Position numbers and translations under genes: made by a program. The notes under the pieces are model-generated. The model saw only the letters and a list, made by a program, of their open reading frames with translations. It searched no databases and was not told the origin of the DNA. From Gammaproteobacteria bacterium (lineage in GTDB: Bacteria; Pseudomonadota; Gammaproteobacteria; Ga0077554; Ga007554), in contig JAKFXX010000007.1 in the NCBI GenBank assembly GCA_021731145.1, positions 72,108 through 136,107 of the forward strand: a stretch of DNA of 64,000 bases. The letters are read 5' to 3'. Position 1 is the first letter of the stretch. Each line of letters opens with the position of its first letter. Shown piece after piece: positions 1-10,300 of the stretch.

Positions 1-2
1 CC

Positions 3-602
3 GGTTATAACATGGGTTTTGGGCCGGATGCGTTGCTGACGAGTTTTCTGGGTGGCACTGCATCCGCAAACTTTTCCAATCTGCGCTGGAACGTGGCAGC
101 GGTTGATTCCAGCGGCCGTGACCGCGTGCTGGTTACTTCTAGAGATGGGTTGCCCCTGCCCATTAATGCTGACTTCAGAAAATGGTCACAGAATGGTGGG
201 GACGCCTTCCTTGGCGCAGTGAATGTGTTGCCTGGGCATGTGGGTGGTGTGGGTGTAAACGGCTCAAGTATTGCCACGCTTGCGGATGGCAGCGCGCTGG
301 CCAGCAAATCTTGGGGTGATAATTTTGGTGCGCGATCGGGTGCAATGAATGTTGCCGGAAACATCGGCGAAAAACTCAATTTTTATCTGCTTGCCGAAAA
401 TGGCACGGGTACTGTTACCACAGTCTTGAATCACCAGTATGTCAATGCTGTTGATCCCACGCAGTCGGCCTTCTGGCAGTTGGGCAACGATGGCACATTG
501 ACGTATCAAGTGGCCGCCGTGCCTGAGGCGGAGACCTGGGCGATGATGGCGGCAGGCTTGCTGATGATCGGCGCGGTTGCCCGTCGCCGCATGTCGGCCT
601 GA
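3..602 (+). CDS. PEP-CTERM sorting domain-containing protein, C-terminal part (5' end lies outside the window)
   Basis: The frame is open from the window edge. The C-terminus VPEAETWAMMAAGLLMIGAVARRR matches the PEP-CTERM sorting signal: a VPE(A) motif, a hydrophobic helix and an Arg cluster. Confidence 0.75.
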   Translation, partial: GYNMGFGPDALLTSFLGGTASANFSNLRWNVAAVDSSGRDRVLVTSRDGLPLPINADFRKWSQNGGDAFLGAVNVLPGHVGGVGVNGSSIATLADGSALASKSWGDNFGARSGAMNVAGNIGEKLNFYLLAENGTGTVTTVLNHQYVNAVDPTQSAFWQLGNDGTLTYQVAAVPEAETWAMMAAGLLMIGAVARRRMSA

Positions 603-608
603 TGTATT

Positions 609-766
609 CCACTCTGGCCGCCGTATCGCAGGGGGCCAGAGTCAATGCTGTTCACTTAACACACTTCCGTTCGCCCTGAGCTTGTCGAAGGGCTCTGGGT
701 GAGTGACTGGTGGTTCGACAAGCTCACCACGAACGGTTAAGTGAACAGTATTGGGGCCAGAGTGGG
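609..766. repeat. Long nested imperfect palindrome (about 158 nt multi-segment stem-loop) immediately downstream of the PEP-CTERM gene
   Basis: Paired segments are 609-619/755-765 (ccactctggcc/ggccagagtgg), 642-660/736-753, 667-673/730-736 and 678-689/714-725 (gagcttgtcgaa/ttcgacaagctc), with a 24-nt central loop. There is also a local hairpin 612-619/634-641. Confidence 0.6.
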
Positions 767-821
767 CTTAAATGGTTTTTGATGTTTGGTTTTTTGTTTC
801 CACATTAAGAGGAACAGAGTA

Positions 822-2348
822 ATGAAATTGAATAAGCTTAATGTTGCATGCGCCCTGGCACTGACGGGTGTTTCTGGCCAGGCGCTGGCGCTGGGTGCGT
901 ATGATGCCCAGACCATCGGTTTGGTCAATGGCAAGGATTATGTGTATCTGTCGGGTGCTTCGGCCCCGCAAAATTTCCTGGGCACACTGGCTGGCCAGCT
1001 ATTTGAGACGGGCTATATCACCTATTACGACAACAACGGCACCGCCAGTGACTTCACCGATGATGGCAAGCTGTACCGTGCCTACTTCGGTCAGGTCAAA
1101 AATGATTCCAGCATCCCCGCCGCGTTCGCTGCTTTGAAGGGCAAAACCGTGCGCTTGCTGGATCGTGCCAAGGGTGGTTCGGTATGGGGTGTGAACCCCG
1201 TGGCGCGTGCCGAGGCCGTGGCCACGCTGAAGATGGATGCCGCCAGTTGCGTGCTGAACGCCGGTATATACCGTTGCGCCGAGGCGGGTGTGGATCCGGG
1301 TACGGCGGCTGACCCCACCAATCCCTTGTCTAATGCCAGTTACAACAAGGTGCCTGACGCTGGTGTCTCTGACGTGGCTCCTAACATGTTTAAAGGCCCC
1401 TTTAACGTGGAGTTTGGTTTTTCCGAGTTAAGCAGCGGGGAGGCCGCCAAGCTCACTTCGTTCCCCGTCAACACGCTGATGATGGGCCTGGCGGTAACCA
1501 ATGCCGTGCCAAACACCACCCATCTGAGCCGCGCCGCCTATGGCGGGATGTTGTCCGGACTGGTTCAGGATTGGACGCAGGTCAAGTCCAGCCTGGCGCC
1601 TGCCGCCGGCCCCCAGGTGGTGGTGTGCCGCCGGGTGCCCGGTTCGGGCACCCAGTCCAGCTATAACTGGTTCTTTAACAACTTCCCCTGCACCACGGAA
1701 TCTAAGGCAGGCAGCGGCGATACCGCGCCGGCACGCATGAGCGACAGCGCAAGCGGTGTTGTGAGCGGTTCAGGCACGGCGGCGGATCCTTTTGTGATCG
1801 ACCCCGCTGCGGGTTATACCGTGATCGAAAACTCCACTTCCGGCAACGTGCGTGATTGCTTGCAGAAGGCAAGCATCGGTGGCGTGCATACCTTTAAGGA
1901 TGAAGAAGGCAAGTTCTATAAGGTCGATTTCGGCGCGGGCGGTTACGGTGCGGTGGGCGTGCTGTCGTTAGACAGTTTTGGCAAGGAGTCGGGCTGGAGC
2001 TTCCGCAATATGGATGGCGCGGGTGACTATAAGCTGGTGTCTGGCAGCCCTGTCGTTACCGGCACGGGTGTCGCCCCCAGCAAGGCCAACCTGGTCGAAG
2101 GCAATTATGATTTTGCGGCGGAGCTCTCCATGCAATACCGTAATGCCACCGTCAACGGGGTTCCTGCATTGTCTGGTAATGCCAAGCTCTTTATGGACCT
2201 GTTCATTCAGCGCGGCGGTCATCCTGACTTCAACACCTCGGCCTGGACGGCGGCGCTGCCACCGACCTATAACCCTGCCACCAGCCCCAATGTCAGCAAG
2301 GCGACACGCGGTGGCAATATGTGCCAACCGCTGCAGCGCTTCTTCTAA
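822..2348 (+). CDS. Secreted hypothetical protein with a periplasmic-binding-protein (PstS-like) fold
   Basis: An RBS (aagaggaaca) lies upstream of ATG 822. The signal peptide is MKLNKLNVACALALTGVSGQALA. By recollection it resembles PstS motifs (YLSGASAPQNF; VVCRRVPGSGTQSSY versus PstS VVRRADGSGTSF). It is longer (509 aa) than PstS. Confidence 0.5.
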   Translation: MKLNKLNVACALALTGVSGQALALGAYDAQTIGLVNGKDYVYLSGASAPQNFLGTLAGQLFETGYITYYDNNGTASDFTDDGKLYRAYFGQVKNDSSIPAAFAALKGKTVRLLDRAKGGSVWGVNPVARAEAVATLKMDAASCVLNAGIYRCAEAGVDPGTAADPTNPLSNASYNKVPDAGVSDVAPNMFKGPFNVEFGFSELSSGEAAKLTSFPVNTLMMGLAVTNAVPNTTHLSRAAYGGMLSGLVQDWTQVKSSLAPAAGPQVVVCRRVPGSGTQSSYNWFFNNFPCTTESKAGSGDTAPARMSDSASGVVSGSGTAADPFVIDPAAGYTVIENSTSGNVRDCLQKASIGGVHTFKDEEGKFYKVDFGAGGYGAVGVLSLDSFGKESGWSFRNMDGAGDYKLVSGSPVVTGTGVAPSKANLVEGNYDFAAELSMQYRNATVNGVPALSGNAKLFMDLFIQRGGHPDFNTSAWTAALPPTYNPATSPNVSKATRGGNMCQPLQRFF

Positions 2349-2427
2349 AAACGGGTATTCAGTGCCTGCGTAGTGGTGAATGTGCTGCACTCTGACGCAA
2401 TGTCAGTGTGTTGTATGATGTAAATGG

Positions 2428-2462
2428 CCGGCTCTTTTCGCAATGAGAAGAGCCGGTTTTTA
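2428..2462 (+). terminator. Rho-independent terminator after the secreted protein gene
   Basis: The stem ccggctctt (2428-2436) pairs with aagagccgg (2448-2456), followed by tttta. Confidence 0.7.
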
Positions 2463-2575
2463 TTTGGGTGTAGTGCGGGCCTTTTAAGCTCAGCGCCCTT
2501 TATTTTTCCTTTTAACTCATTTGTAACATTACCGTGTGAAAATCCCACCTTTAAATAAAACCAGAATATTACTCA

Positions 2576-4186
2576 ATGAAGCGTATTTTTTGTGCGGTGT
2601 TGTACGCCAGTTTTTTTTTCTGGTTTCCGGCGATGGCGCAAGAACAGGCCCCGGCCCCGGCAGAAGAGCAGCCGGTGGTGTTCGATGTGATGGAATACCG
2701 TGTGGAGGGCAACACGGTGTTGCCTGCCATAGTGATCGAGAAGGTGCTTTATCCGCATTTGGGCACGGCAAAAAAGATCGAGGACGTGGAAAAGGCGCGC
2801 GTTGATCTGGAGAAGGCCTACCGCGATGAAGGTTATCCCACCGTGCTGGTGGATATCCCCGAGCAGGATGTGAACAACCGGATGGTGCGCTTGCGCGTGA
2901 CGGAGAGCAAGGTCGAGAAGGTGCGTGTTGTCGGCTCCCGTTACTATTCGCAGGGGCGGATCCTGGAAAAATTCCCGGCGCTGACGCAGGGCGGTGTGCT
3001 GTATCTGCCGGATGTGCAGAAAGGCTTGAGCCGAGTCAACCGCAGCGCGGACCGGCGCGTGACGCCGATACTCAGGCCGGGCAAGACGCCAGGCACCGTG
3101 GAGGTTGATTTCAAGGTTGAAGACAAGCTGCCGCTGCATGCAAGCCTGGAATTGAATGACCGTTACAGCGGCAATACCAGCCCATTGCGGATGATCGGCA
3201 TGGTGCGCTATGACAATCTGTGGCAGCGAGAGCACAGCTTGAGTGTGCAATATCAGACCGCGCCGGAAAAGACCAGCGAAGTCAGTGTATTTTCCGCGTC
3301 TTATTTGTTGCCGGTGCCGGATTCCGACAGGTTGATCGCGATGTACGCCGTGCGTTCACGCAGCGATGTGGCGGCGGTGGGGAATATATCGGTGCTGGGT
3401 CAGGGTGATATTTTCGGCGTGCGCGCCATCCTGCCGCTGCCGCAGCGTGATCGCTTTTTTCATTCCTTGTCATTGGGCTTCGATTACAAGGATTTCAAGG
3501 AAAACGTGACACTGCTTGGCGCGGATTCCATCCGTACCCCGATCAGCTATTTGCCATTTACAGTGCAGTATAACTCGACTTTGCAGGGTGATAGCGGCGT
3601 GACGCAGGCGGATGTGGGGCTGAATTTTTCTGTCCGCGGCCTCGCCGACAACAGGATTGACTGTTTCGGGCAGCACGTTAACGAATTCGAATGCAAGCGC
3701 TATAACGCCAAGCCCAGTTATCTGTATCTGAAGGCCGGTTTGCAGCGCGTGCAACAGTTGCCGCTGGGTCTGCGGCTGATCGCGAGGATCGACGGTCAAT
3801 TGACGGGCCAGCCCCTGATCAGCAATGAGCAATTCGGCGCAGGCGGTGTTGAAAGCGTGCGCGGTTATCTGGAGTATGAGCGATTGGCGGATAACGGCGT
3901 GCGTGGCAGCGTGGAATTGCGCAGCCCCTCGGTTGCCGCGAAGTTGTCAAAGAAATTCGACGACCTGTATTTTCTCGGATTTGCGGAGGGCGCAAAGCTG
4001 CGTGTTAGTGAGCCCCTGCCGGGCCAGGTGTCACGTTTCAGTTTGTCCAGCGCGGGTGTTGGCGTGCGCTTTAAAGGTTGGCGTTACTGGAATGCGTCGC
4101 TCAATGTGGCGGTGCCGTTCGAGAATGCAGCCTTCACAAAGGCCGGGGATGTACGGGTGCATTTCCGGATGGCGTATGAATTTTAG
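2576..4186 (+). CDS. Two-partner secretion outer-membrane transporter TpsB (ShlB/FhaC/HecB family, POTRA plus beta-barrel)
   Basis: It has a signal peptide, a POTRA-like N-terminus (VMEYRVEGNTVLP...), an Omp85-like barrel and a C-terminal ...RMAYEF typical of ShlB-type activators. It sits directly upstream of a TpsA. Confidence 0.9.
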   Translation: MKRIFCAVLYASFFFWFPAMAQEQAPAPAEEQPVVFDVMEYRVEGNTVLPAIVIEKVLYPHLGTAKKIEDVEKARVDLEKAYRDEGYPTVLVDIPEQDVNNRMVRLRVTESKVEKVRVVGSRYYSQGRILEKFPALTQGGVLYLPDVQKGLSRVNRSADRRVTPILRPGKTPGTVEVDFKVEDKLPLHASLELNDRYSGNTSPLRMIGMVRYDNLWQREHSLSVQYQTAPEKTSEVSVFSASYLLPVPDSDRLIAMYAVRSRSDVAAVGNISVLGQGDIFGVRAILPLPQRDRFFHSLSLGFDYKDFKENVTLLGADSIRTPISYLPFTVQYNSTLQGDSGVTQADVGLNFSVRGLADNRIDCFGQHVNEFECKRYNAKPSYLYLKAGLQRVQQLPLGLRLIARIDGQLTGQPLISNEQFGAGGVESVRGYLEYERLADNGVRGSVELRSPSVAAKLSKKFDDLYFLGFAEGAKLRVSEPLPGQVSRFSLSSAGVGVRFKGWRYWNASLNVAVPFENAAFTKAGDVRVHFRMAYEF

Positions 4187-4209
4187 CCAGTGCTGAATCA
4201 ATAGTGGAT

Positions 4210-4262
4210 TGTAGGGTGCGTCCTACGCACCACAATCATTGGTGCGTAGGACGCACCCTACA
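4210..4262. repeat. REP-like perfect palindrome (23-bp arms) between tpsB and tpsA
   Basis: tgtagggtgcgtcctacgcacca (4210-4232) pairs with tggtgcgtaggacgcaccctaca (4240-4262). It shares the TGTAGG...CCTACA termini seen in the elements at 16784 and 60837. Confidence 0.8.
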
Positions 4263-4346
4263 TAGAGCTGGGTTCAGTGCCATTGTTGGGTCCGCTTCGC
4301 TTGACCCAACCTACATTTTCTACTCTATTTTTCGGGGTATCACCAC

Positions 4347-7300
4347 ATGAATGCAAACTTGTTCCGGTTGGTTTTCAGTGCGCGGCTTGGCGCGCTGGTG
4401 CCGGCGTGGGAGGGCGCGCGGGCGCGTCGTGCGGGCAAGGGTGGGCAGCGTGGCCGGGCCGGCAAGCATGCCGCGTTGTTTGCAGGGGCGGCGGGTGTTT
4501 TGTTGTGCGTATTTCCAGTCCATGCAGAGTTGCCGATGCCGTGTGGCGGTGGTGCATGCGGTACGAATCCGATCAATACCCTGCCGTTTGCGAGCAGTGG
4601 CCGCGCCGATTTTTCCAGCAACGGCGTCAGTGCGATTATCAATCAGCTTGACCAAAGAGTCGTGCTGAACTGGCAAAGTTTCAATATCGGGGCCGGTAAC
4701 AGTGTTGAATTCAGGCAGCCGGATGCCGGTTCGGCGGCGCTGAACCGTATATGGCAGGGGTCGCCGAGCGAAATTCTTGGCAACCTGAAAGCCAATGGTC
4801 AGCTTTATCTGATCAATCAGAACGGTATTATTTTCGGCAAGGATGCTCAGGTGAATGCCAGCTCGCTGGTGGCATCGGCGCTGAATATCAGCGACGATGT
4901 TTTCAAAAATGGCGGTATTTACGGCGAGTCGTCGGGCGCAAACCCTGTGTTTACCTGGGAAGATGGCAGCGGGGTGGAATATTCCGCCAGCTTCATCCGG
5001 GTGGATAACGGCGCGAAAATCGCGTCCGCGTCCGGTGGCGTGGTCATGATGCTGGCACCCAAGGTGGAAAATCATGGCAGCATCTCCGCGCCGGGAGGGC
5101 AGGCGGTGCTTGCCGCCGGCGCCAAGGTGTACCTGAGCCTGTTGTCCGACAATGAGGTCAATGGCCTCCCCGCAGGTTCATCGCTGCGTGGCTTTGCCGG
5201 GTTGCTGGTGGAGGTTGACCCGCATGCCTCGGGGCTGGGCGGTGAAGTGACCAATATTGGCCAGATTGTCGCCGAGCGCGGCAATATTACCTTGGCTGGG
5301 CTGGCGGTAAACCAGATGGGGCGGGTTACCGCCACGACGTCGCTGCGGCAAAAGGGTTCGATCATGCTGCTGGCCGCCGATACCAAGGCGGGCGGTGACA
5401 AGACAAAGATTCCTGTCGGGCAGCGCACCGGTGCATTGGTGCTGGGCAAGGACAGCGTAACCGAGGTGTTGCCGGAGACGAATGATGCCACTACCAATTT
5501 CGACGGGCAGGGATTCAGTCCGTCCACGGTGGATCTGGCGGGCAAGAGTATTGAGATGCGGGAGAACGCCGCGATTGTCGCACCGGGCGGAAAAGTCAGT
5601 CTTGTTGCCCGTGAGGATCAGCGGTTACCCGTGCCCAGTGAAAGCAAGATTTATATGGCGCCCGGCAGCCGTATTGATGTATCCGGTACGAAAGATGTCG
5701 ATGTGCCCATGGAGCGCAACTTCATTGAGGTGGAGCTGCGTGGTAACGAGCTGAAGGATTCACCGCTGCAGCGCGATGGCGCGTTGCGCGGCAAAAAAGT
5801 GTGGATTGATATTCGCAAAGGCACACCGCTTGCAGATGTCTCCGGTTATACCGCCCAGGTGGGGAGAACGGTCGCGGAGCGTACCGCGGAAGGTGGTGAG
5901 GTGTCGCTGGTGTCCGCAGGCGATATCGTGATGCGTGAAAATGCTGTGATCGATGTCTCCGCGGGCGGGTTGCGTTATCGTGATGGGCAAGGCAAAACGA
6001 CGCAGTTGGTGTCGCAGGGCAGGGTGTATGACATAGGCGATGCGCCGGCCGATGTCATTTACGATGGCATTGCCAGTTTCACCAAGGAATCAAGAAAGTG
6101 GGGGATTACATCCACCTGGAGTGCCTTTGGTGGAGATGGCTCGCTGAGCCGGTTTGAGCAGGGCTATTACGAAGGCAAGAATGCAGGGTCGGTGACGTTT
6201 CTTGCGAGTGGGCTGGCACTGGATGGCACCTTGACGGGCAAGGCAGCCGCGGGCGTGCATCAGCGCGGCAGTGGCGTGCTGCCCCTGGGCGGGAAGTTTA
6301 CGCTAGGCGATGTCAGTCAGGCCGGGGCGTCTACGCCTGATTTCAGGATTCCGGATGTGCTCTTTTCCGCACAAAAAAATCCGTTGCCTGATGATTTTAC
6401 TTTCGATGAACTCAAGGCGAAGGGTTTGCCTGAAAGTTTCAGGAATCGCGTGACACTCTCCACCGGCGTGTTGCAAGCAGGGGGATTCAACCGTATTGGC
6501 GTATACAGCAACGGGCGCATCGAGGTGCCTAAAGGCGTGTCGATCAGTCTCGCGCCCGGCAGTTGGCTCGGAAAGGACGAGGAGGGGAAGGACAAGATAT
6601 ACACCGCCTCGCTGACACTGACCGGCAGAAAGCTGGATATCCTGGGCGATATCGATGTGCCGGCGGGCAAGATTACGCTGGCGAGCAAGAGAACGCTCGG
6701 CTCCGAGCTACTACAACAGGCGGAAGATTTTCGCGTCAATGTGGGCGCGGACGCCGGCATCACTGCCCGTGGTTTGTGGGTGAATGACTCGCGCTGGGTT
6801 ACGCCGGTAACGGGTGCGGACCCGTTGCTGATCAACGGCGGGTCGATTTCAGTAAGCGCCTTTTCAGATGTCGCACTGAGTTCCGGCAGCGTGCTGGATG
6901 TTTCCGGTGGGGGATGGGTGAAGCCCAATAACCGGCTACAGGTGGGCAACGCCGGTACCCTCAGTTTGGCAAGCGGCTCTTTTGTAAATATAAATAGACC
7001 TGATCGATTTGAATCAACACTCTATCTCGATGGCGAGCTCTACGGCTACGCACTGAGCAGCGGTAACACCGTGGGTAAGGGTGGCACGCTCTCGCTCAGC
7101 ACCTCCAGCGTAAAGATTGGCGGCACGCCTTCCCCTGTCCCCGGCGTATTATCACTTGCCACTGGCGTGTTTCAATCCGGCGGTTTCAAGGACTACACCA
7201 TTACCGGCATGGAGGGCGTTACCGTGAGCCGTGGCGCGCAAGTCGCTCCGCTTGCCGAGAGCCGGGTGCTGACGCCGGATTTTGTGACACGCCGCAGCGG

Positions 7301-10300
7301 TGCGGATATTGGCGGCTTCAGCCGGCGCCAGGTGTTGCTGCCAGAGCAGCGTGCGCCCGGCACCATCACCTTTGCCGCCGGAAGTTCCTTGTGGGGAGCT
7401 ATTTCGGTTGAGGAAGGCGCGCAGGTGCGCACCGATCCAGGGGGAACGATTACGCTCAGTGCAGGCAGCCAGATCAGCCTTTTTGGCGCGCTGGAAGCGC
7501 CCGCCGGGAAGATTTTGCTGGATATAAAAGGCTATGCCGTGAACGGGACATTCGAGCCTAACCGTTTCGTTTGGCTGGGGGGCAACAGCCGCTTATTGGC
7601 GCAGGGTTTCGCCAGAACCCAGACCAATAACCAGGGGCTGCTTCAGGGCGAGGTTCTGGCTGGCGGTGAGATTAACGTCAGCGCCCCGCAAGATACATAT
7701 CTTGTCGCCGAGGCGGGTTCGGTGATGGATGTTTCAGGGGTCAGCGCCACGCTGGATATTCCTCAGCAAAACAATGCCGGCGTGAGCTATCGCCGTGACA
7801 CGATTGCCGGGGATGCGGGCGTTGTTAATCTTGCCATGTCCAACATGTTGCTTGACGGCACATTAAAGGGTGCGGCCGCCGGGGAGCATGCGCGTGGTGG
7901 TTCGCTTATTCTGTCATCCCCCGTGATGGTGGTGAAAGAGGATGGCGCGTCGTTGCCGCAGGGTTTGACGCCCGGCCAGAATATCGCTGCCAAAATGCTT
8001 GAGCCTGCGGCAAGCGCCCTCCAGGGGAAGTCTTTCGTTACGGCAAAGTCGGTGCGTGATGGCGGCTTTGATCAGATCACCTTGACGAGCCTGAACACCA
8101 TTGAATTTGATGGCGATGTCAGCCTTGCGCTGCGGCGCAGCATCACGCTCGATGCGCCAACGATTGCGGCAAAGGAGAATGCCAAGGTTGATCTCGCGGC
8201 CAGTTATGTGTCTGTGGGCAATAGCTCGATTGTGAAGTCGGCATCATCGGGTGGCGGTGGAACGTTAGACGTCGATGCGCGCCTGATTGATCTGGAAGGT
8301 AATGTTGCGCTACAGGGTTTTGGCAATGTTAATTTGGCCAGCACCGGTGATATCCGGCTCAAGGGCGTGTTGCAGGGCAGCGATTTTCTTGCACGCACGC
8401 TGGAAGGCTCGCTTGTCACCGGCGGCAACCTGACGCTACAGGCTGACCAGATTTATCCCACCACCTTGAGTCAATTCCGGCTGGCCGTTGAAAATAATCC
8501 AACGGGCAGCGTGACGATCCTCGGTGGAGGCGCGCCCAGCCCGGTGTTGTCGGCGGGCGGCAAACTTACCGTGAATGCGCCAAACATTGTGCAGCAAGGG
8601 GTACTCAAGGCGCCGCTGGGTGACATCACGCTGGCAGCGGAAGATACGCTGACCTTGGGCGATGGCAGTATCACGTCGGTTTCGGCGGAGGGGCAGATCA
8701 TTCCCTTCGGCAAGACCGATCTGAACGGCAGCGATTATCTCTACCCGCTGGCAGCCGTCGATCTTCGGCTGGATGCGCCGCCTGAAAAGCGTATCCGGTT
8801 GAATGGCAAGGCGATCACGGTTTCAGAAAATGCCGTAGTGGATATCTCCGGCGGGGGCGATCTTTACGCCTATGAATTCATTCCGGGGCCGGGTGGATCC
8901 AGGGATGTGCTTGATGCGGCGAATGCGGGTGATGTTTTCGCCATTCTGCCGGGACGTGCATCTGAATTTGCACCCTATGACAGCCATTATTATCAGGGTA
9001 ACAAGGGAATCAAGCCGGGCGATAGTGTTTATCTATCCGGCGTGGAGGGCTTGCCGGCAGGTTTTTATGCCATGATGCCTGCCCGTTATGCCTTGTTGCC
9101 CGGCGCCTTTCTGGTGAAACCGGTCTCAGGGTATCAGGATATGTCGCCTGGCCAGGCTGTGAAATTGACCGATGGCGCAACCATTGTGTCAGGCTACCAC
9201 GCGGCCGTGGGCCTGGACGGCAGCATCCTGCGTGATGCCAGAACATCGGGTTTTGCCGTGCGCCCTGGCGCATCTGCGCGCACCCAATCGGAGTATCTGG
9301 ATAGCACCGCGAGCGGATTCTTCGCCAACAGCCCGGGCACCCAGCTATCGGGCGATGCAGGCAATCTCTCCATCGCCGCTACCCAGTCCTTAACGCTGAA
9401 TGGTGTGCTGAAAGGTGATCATGCCGCTGGGCGTAACGGCTCGGAAGTGGACATTACCGCCGACCGGCTGGCCATCGTAGGCGCAGGGGCAGACACGTCT
9501 GGTCTGGAGGGCTTCATGCAGCTTGATGCCGCCAGCCTGAACAAATTCAGCGCGTCCAGCCTGTTGTTGGGCGGTACCCGCAAGCGCACTGAAAAAGGCA
9601 TGGAAATCCGCATGGATGCACGGCAGGTTGTGGTCGCCAACACGGCATCCAGCGCGCTGCGTGGCCCTGAGGTTTTATTGGCCGCCAAGGATGAGGTCAG
9701 GGTAAAGGCGGGCAGCGTAGTGGAAGGCAAGGGCGCCGCTTCCGGCAAGCCCCAGGATATTGCCATCGGGTTCACGATCAGGGATACCGACAACGACGGC
9801 GTTATCGGCAAGGCGGACACCAATCGCGGTGATGTGAATCATGATGGCGTGATTGATGGGCAGGACAATGTGGACGGCAATGGCGCGCTGTTGCGCGTGG
9901 CGTCCGGTGAAGCGGTGGCGATAACGCGCGAGAGCGTTGATCGCAGCCAGGGTGATCTGGTGGTGGAGGCCGGCGCGGTGTTGCGGGCAGACAAGTCCAT
10001 GATATTGGACGCTACGCGTGACAACCGTTCAGAGGGCACGCTTGCATTGGGCGAAGGGGGCGCTTTGAGCGTGGGCGCGCAGCGCATCAGCCTGGGCGAG
10101 GCGGGCGATGTGCGGGAAGGGTTGGTGTTTTCCAATGCGCAGCTTGCCGCGCTGAATAACCTTGGCAGCCTGACACTGCGCAGTTATAGCGCGGTGGATA
10201 TTTATGGCGGGGGCGATTTCGGCAGCAAGGCACTGAAGAACCTTTCTATCGAAGCGGCGGGTTTCGGAGGTTATCAAAACGCAGGACAAACAGCGACGCT

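Noticed and set aside
2573-3250. 225-aa minus-strand ORF overlapping tpsB
   Set aside because: It is antisense to the well-supported TpsB gene, with no RBS.
4301-4329. Possible sigma70 promoter (TTGACC...TACTCT) just upstream of tpsA
   Set aside because: The -10 is weak and the spacer is non-optimal (about 14 bp). It cannot be distinguished from chance, so it is not reported as a feature.
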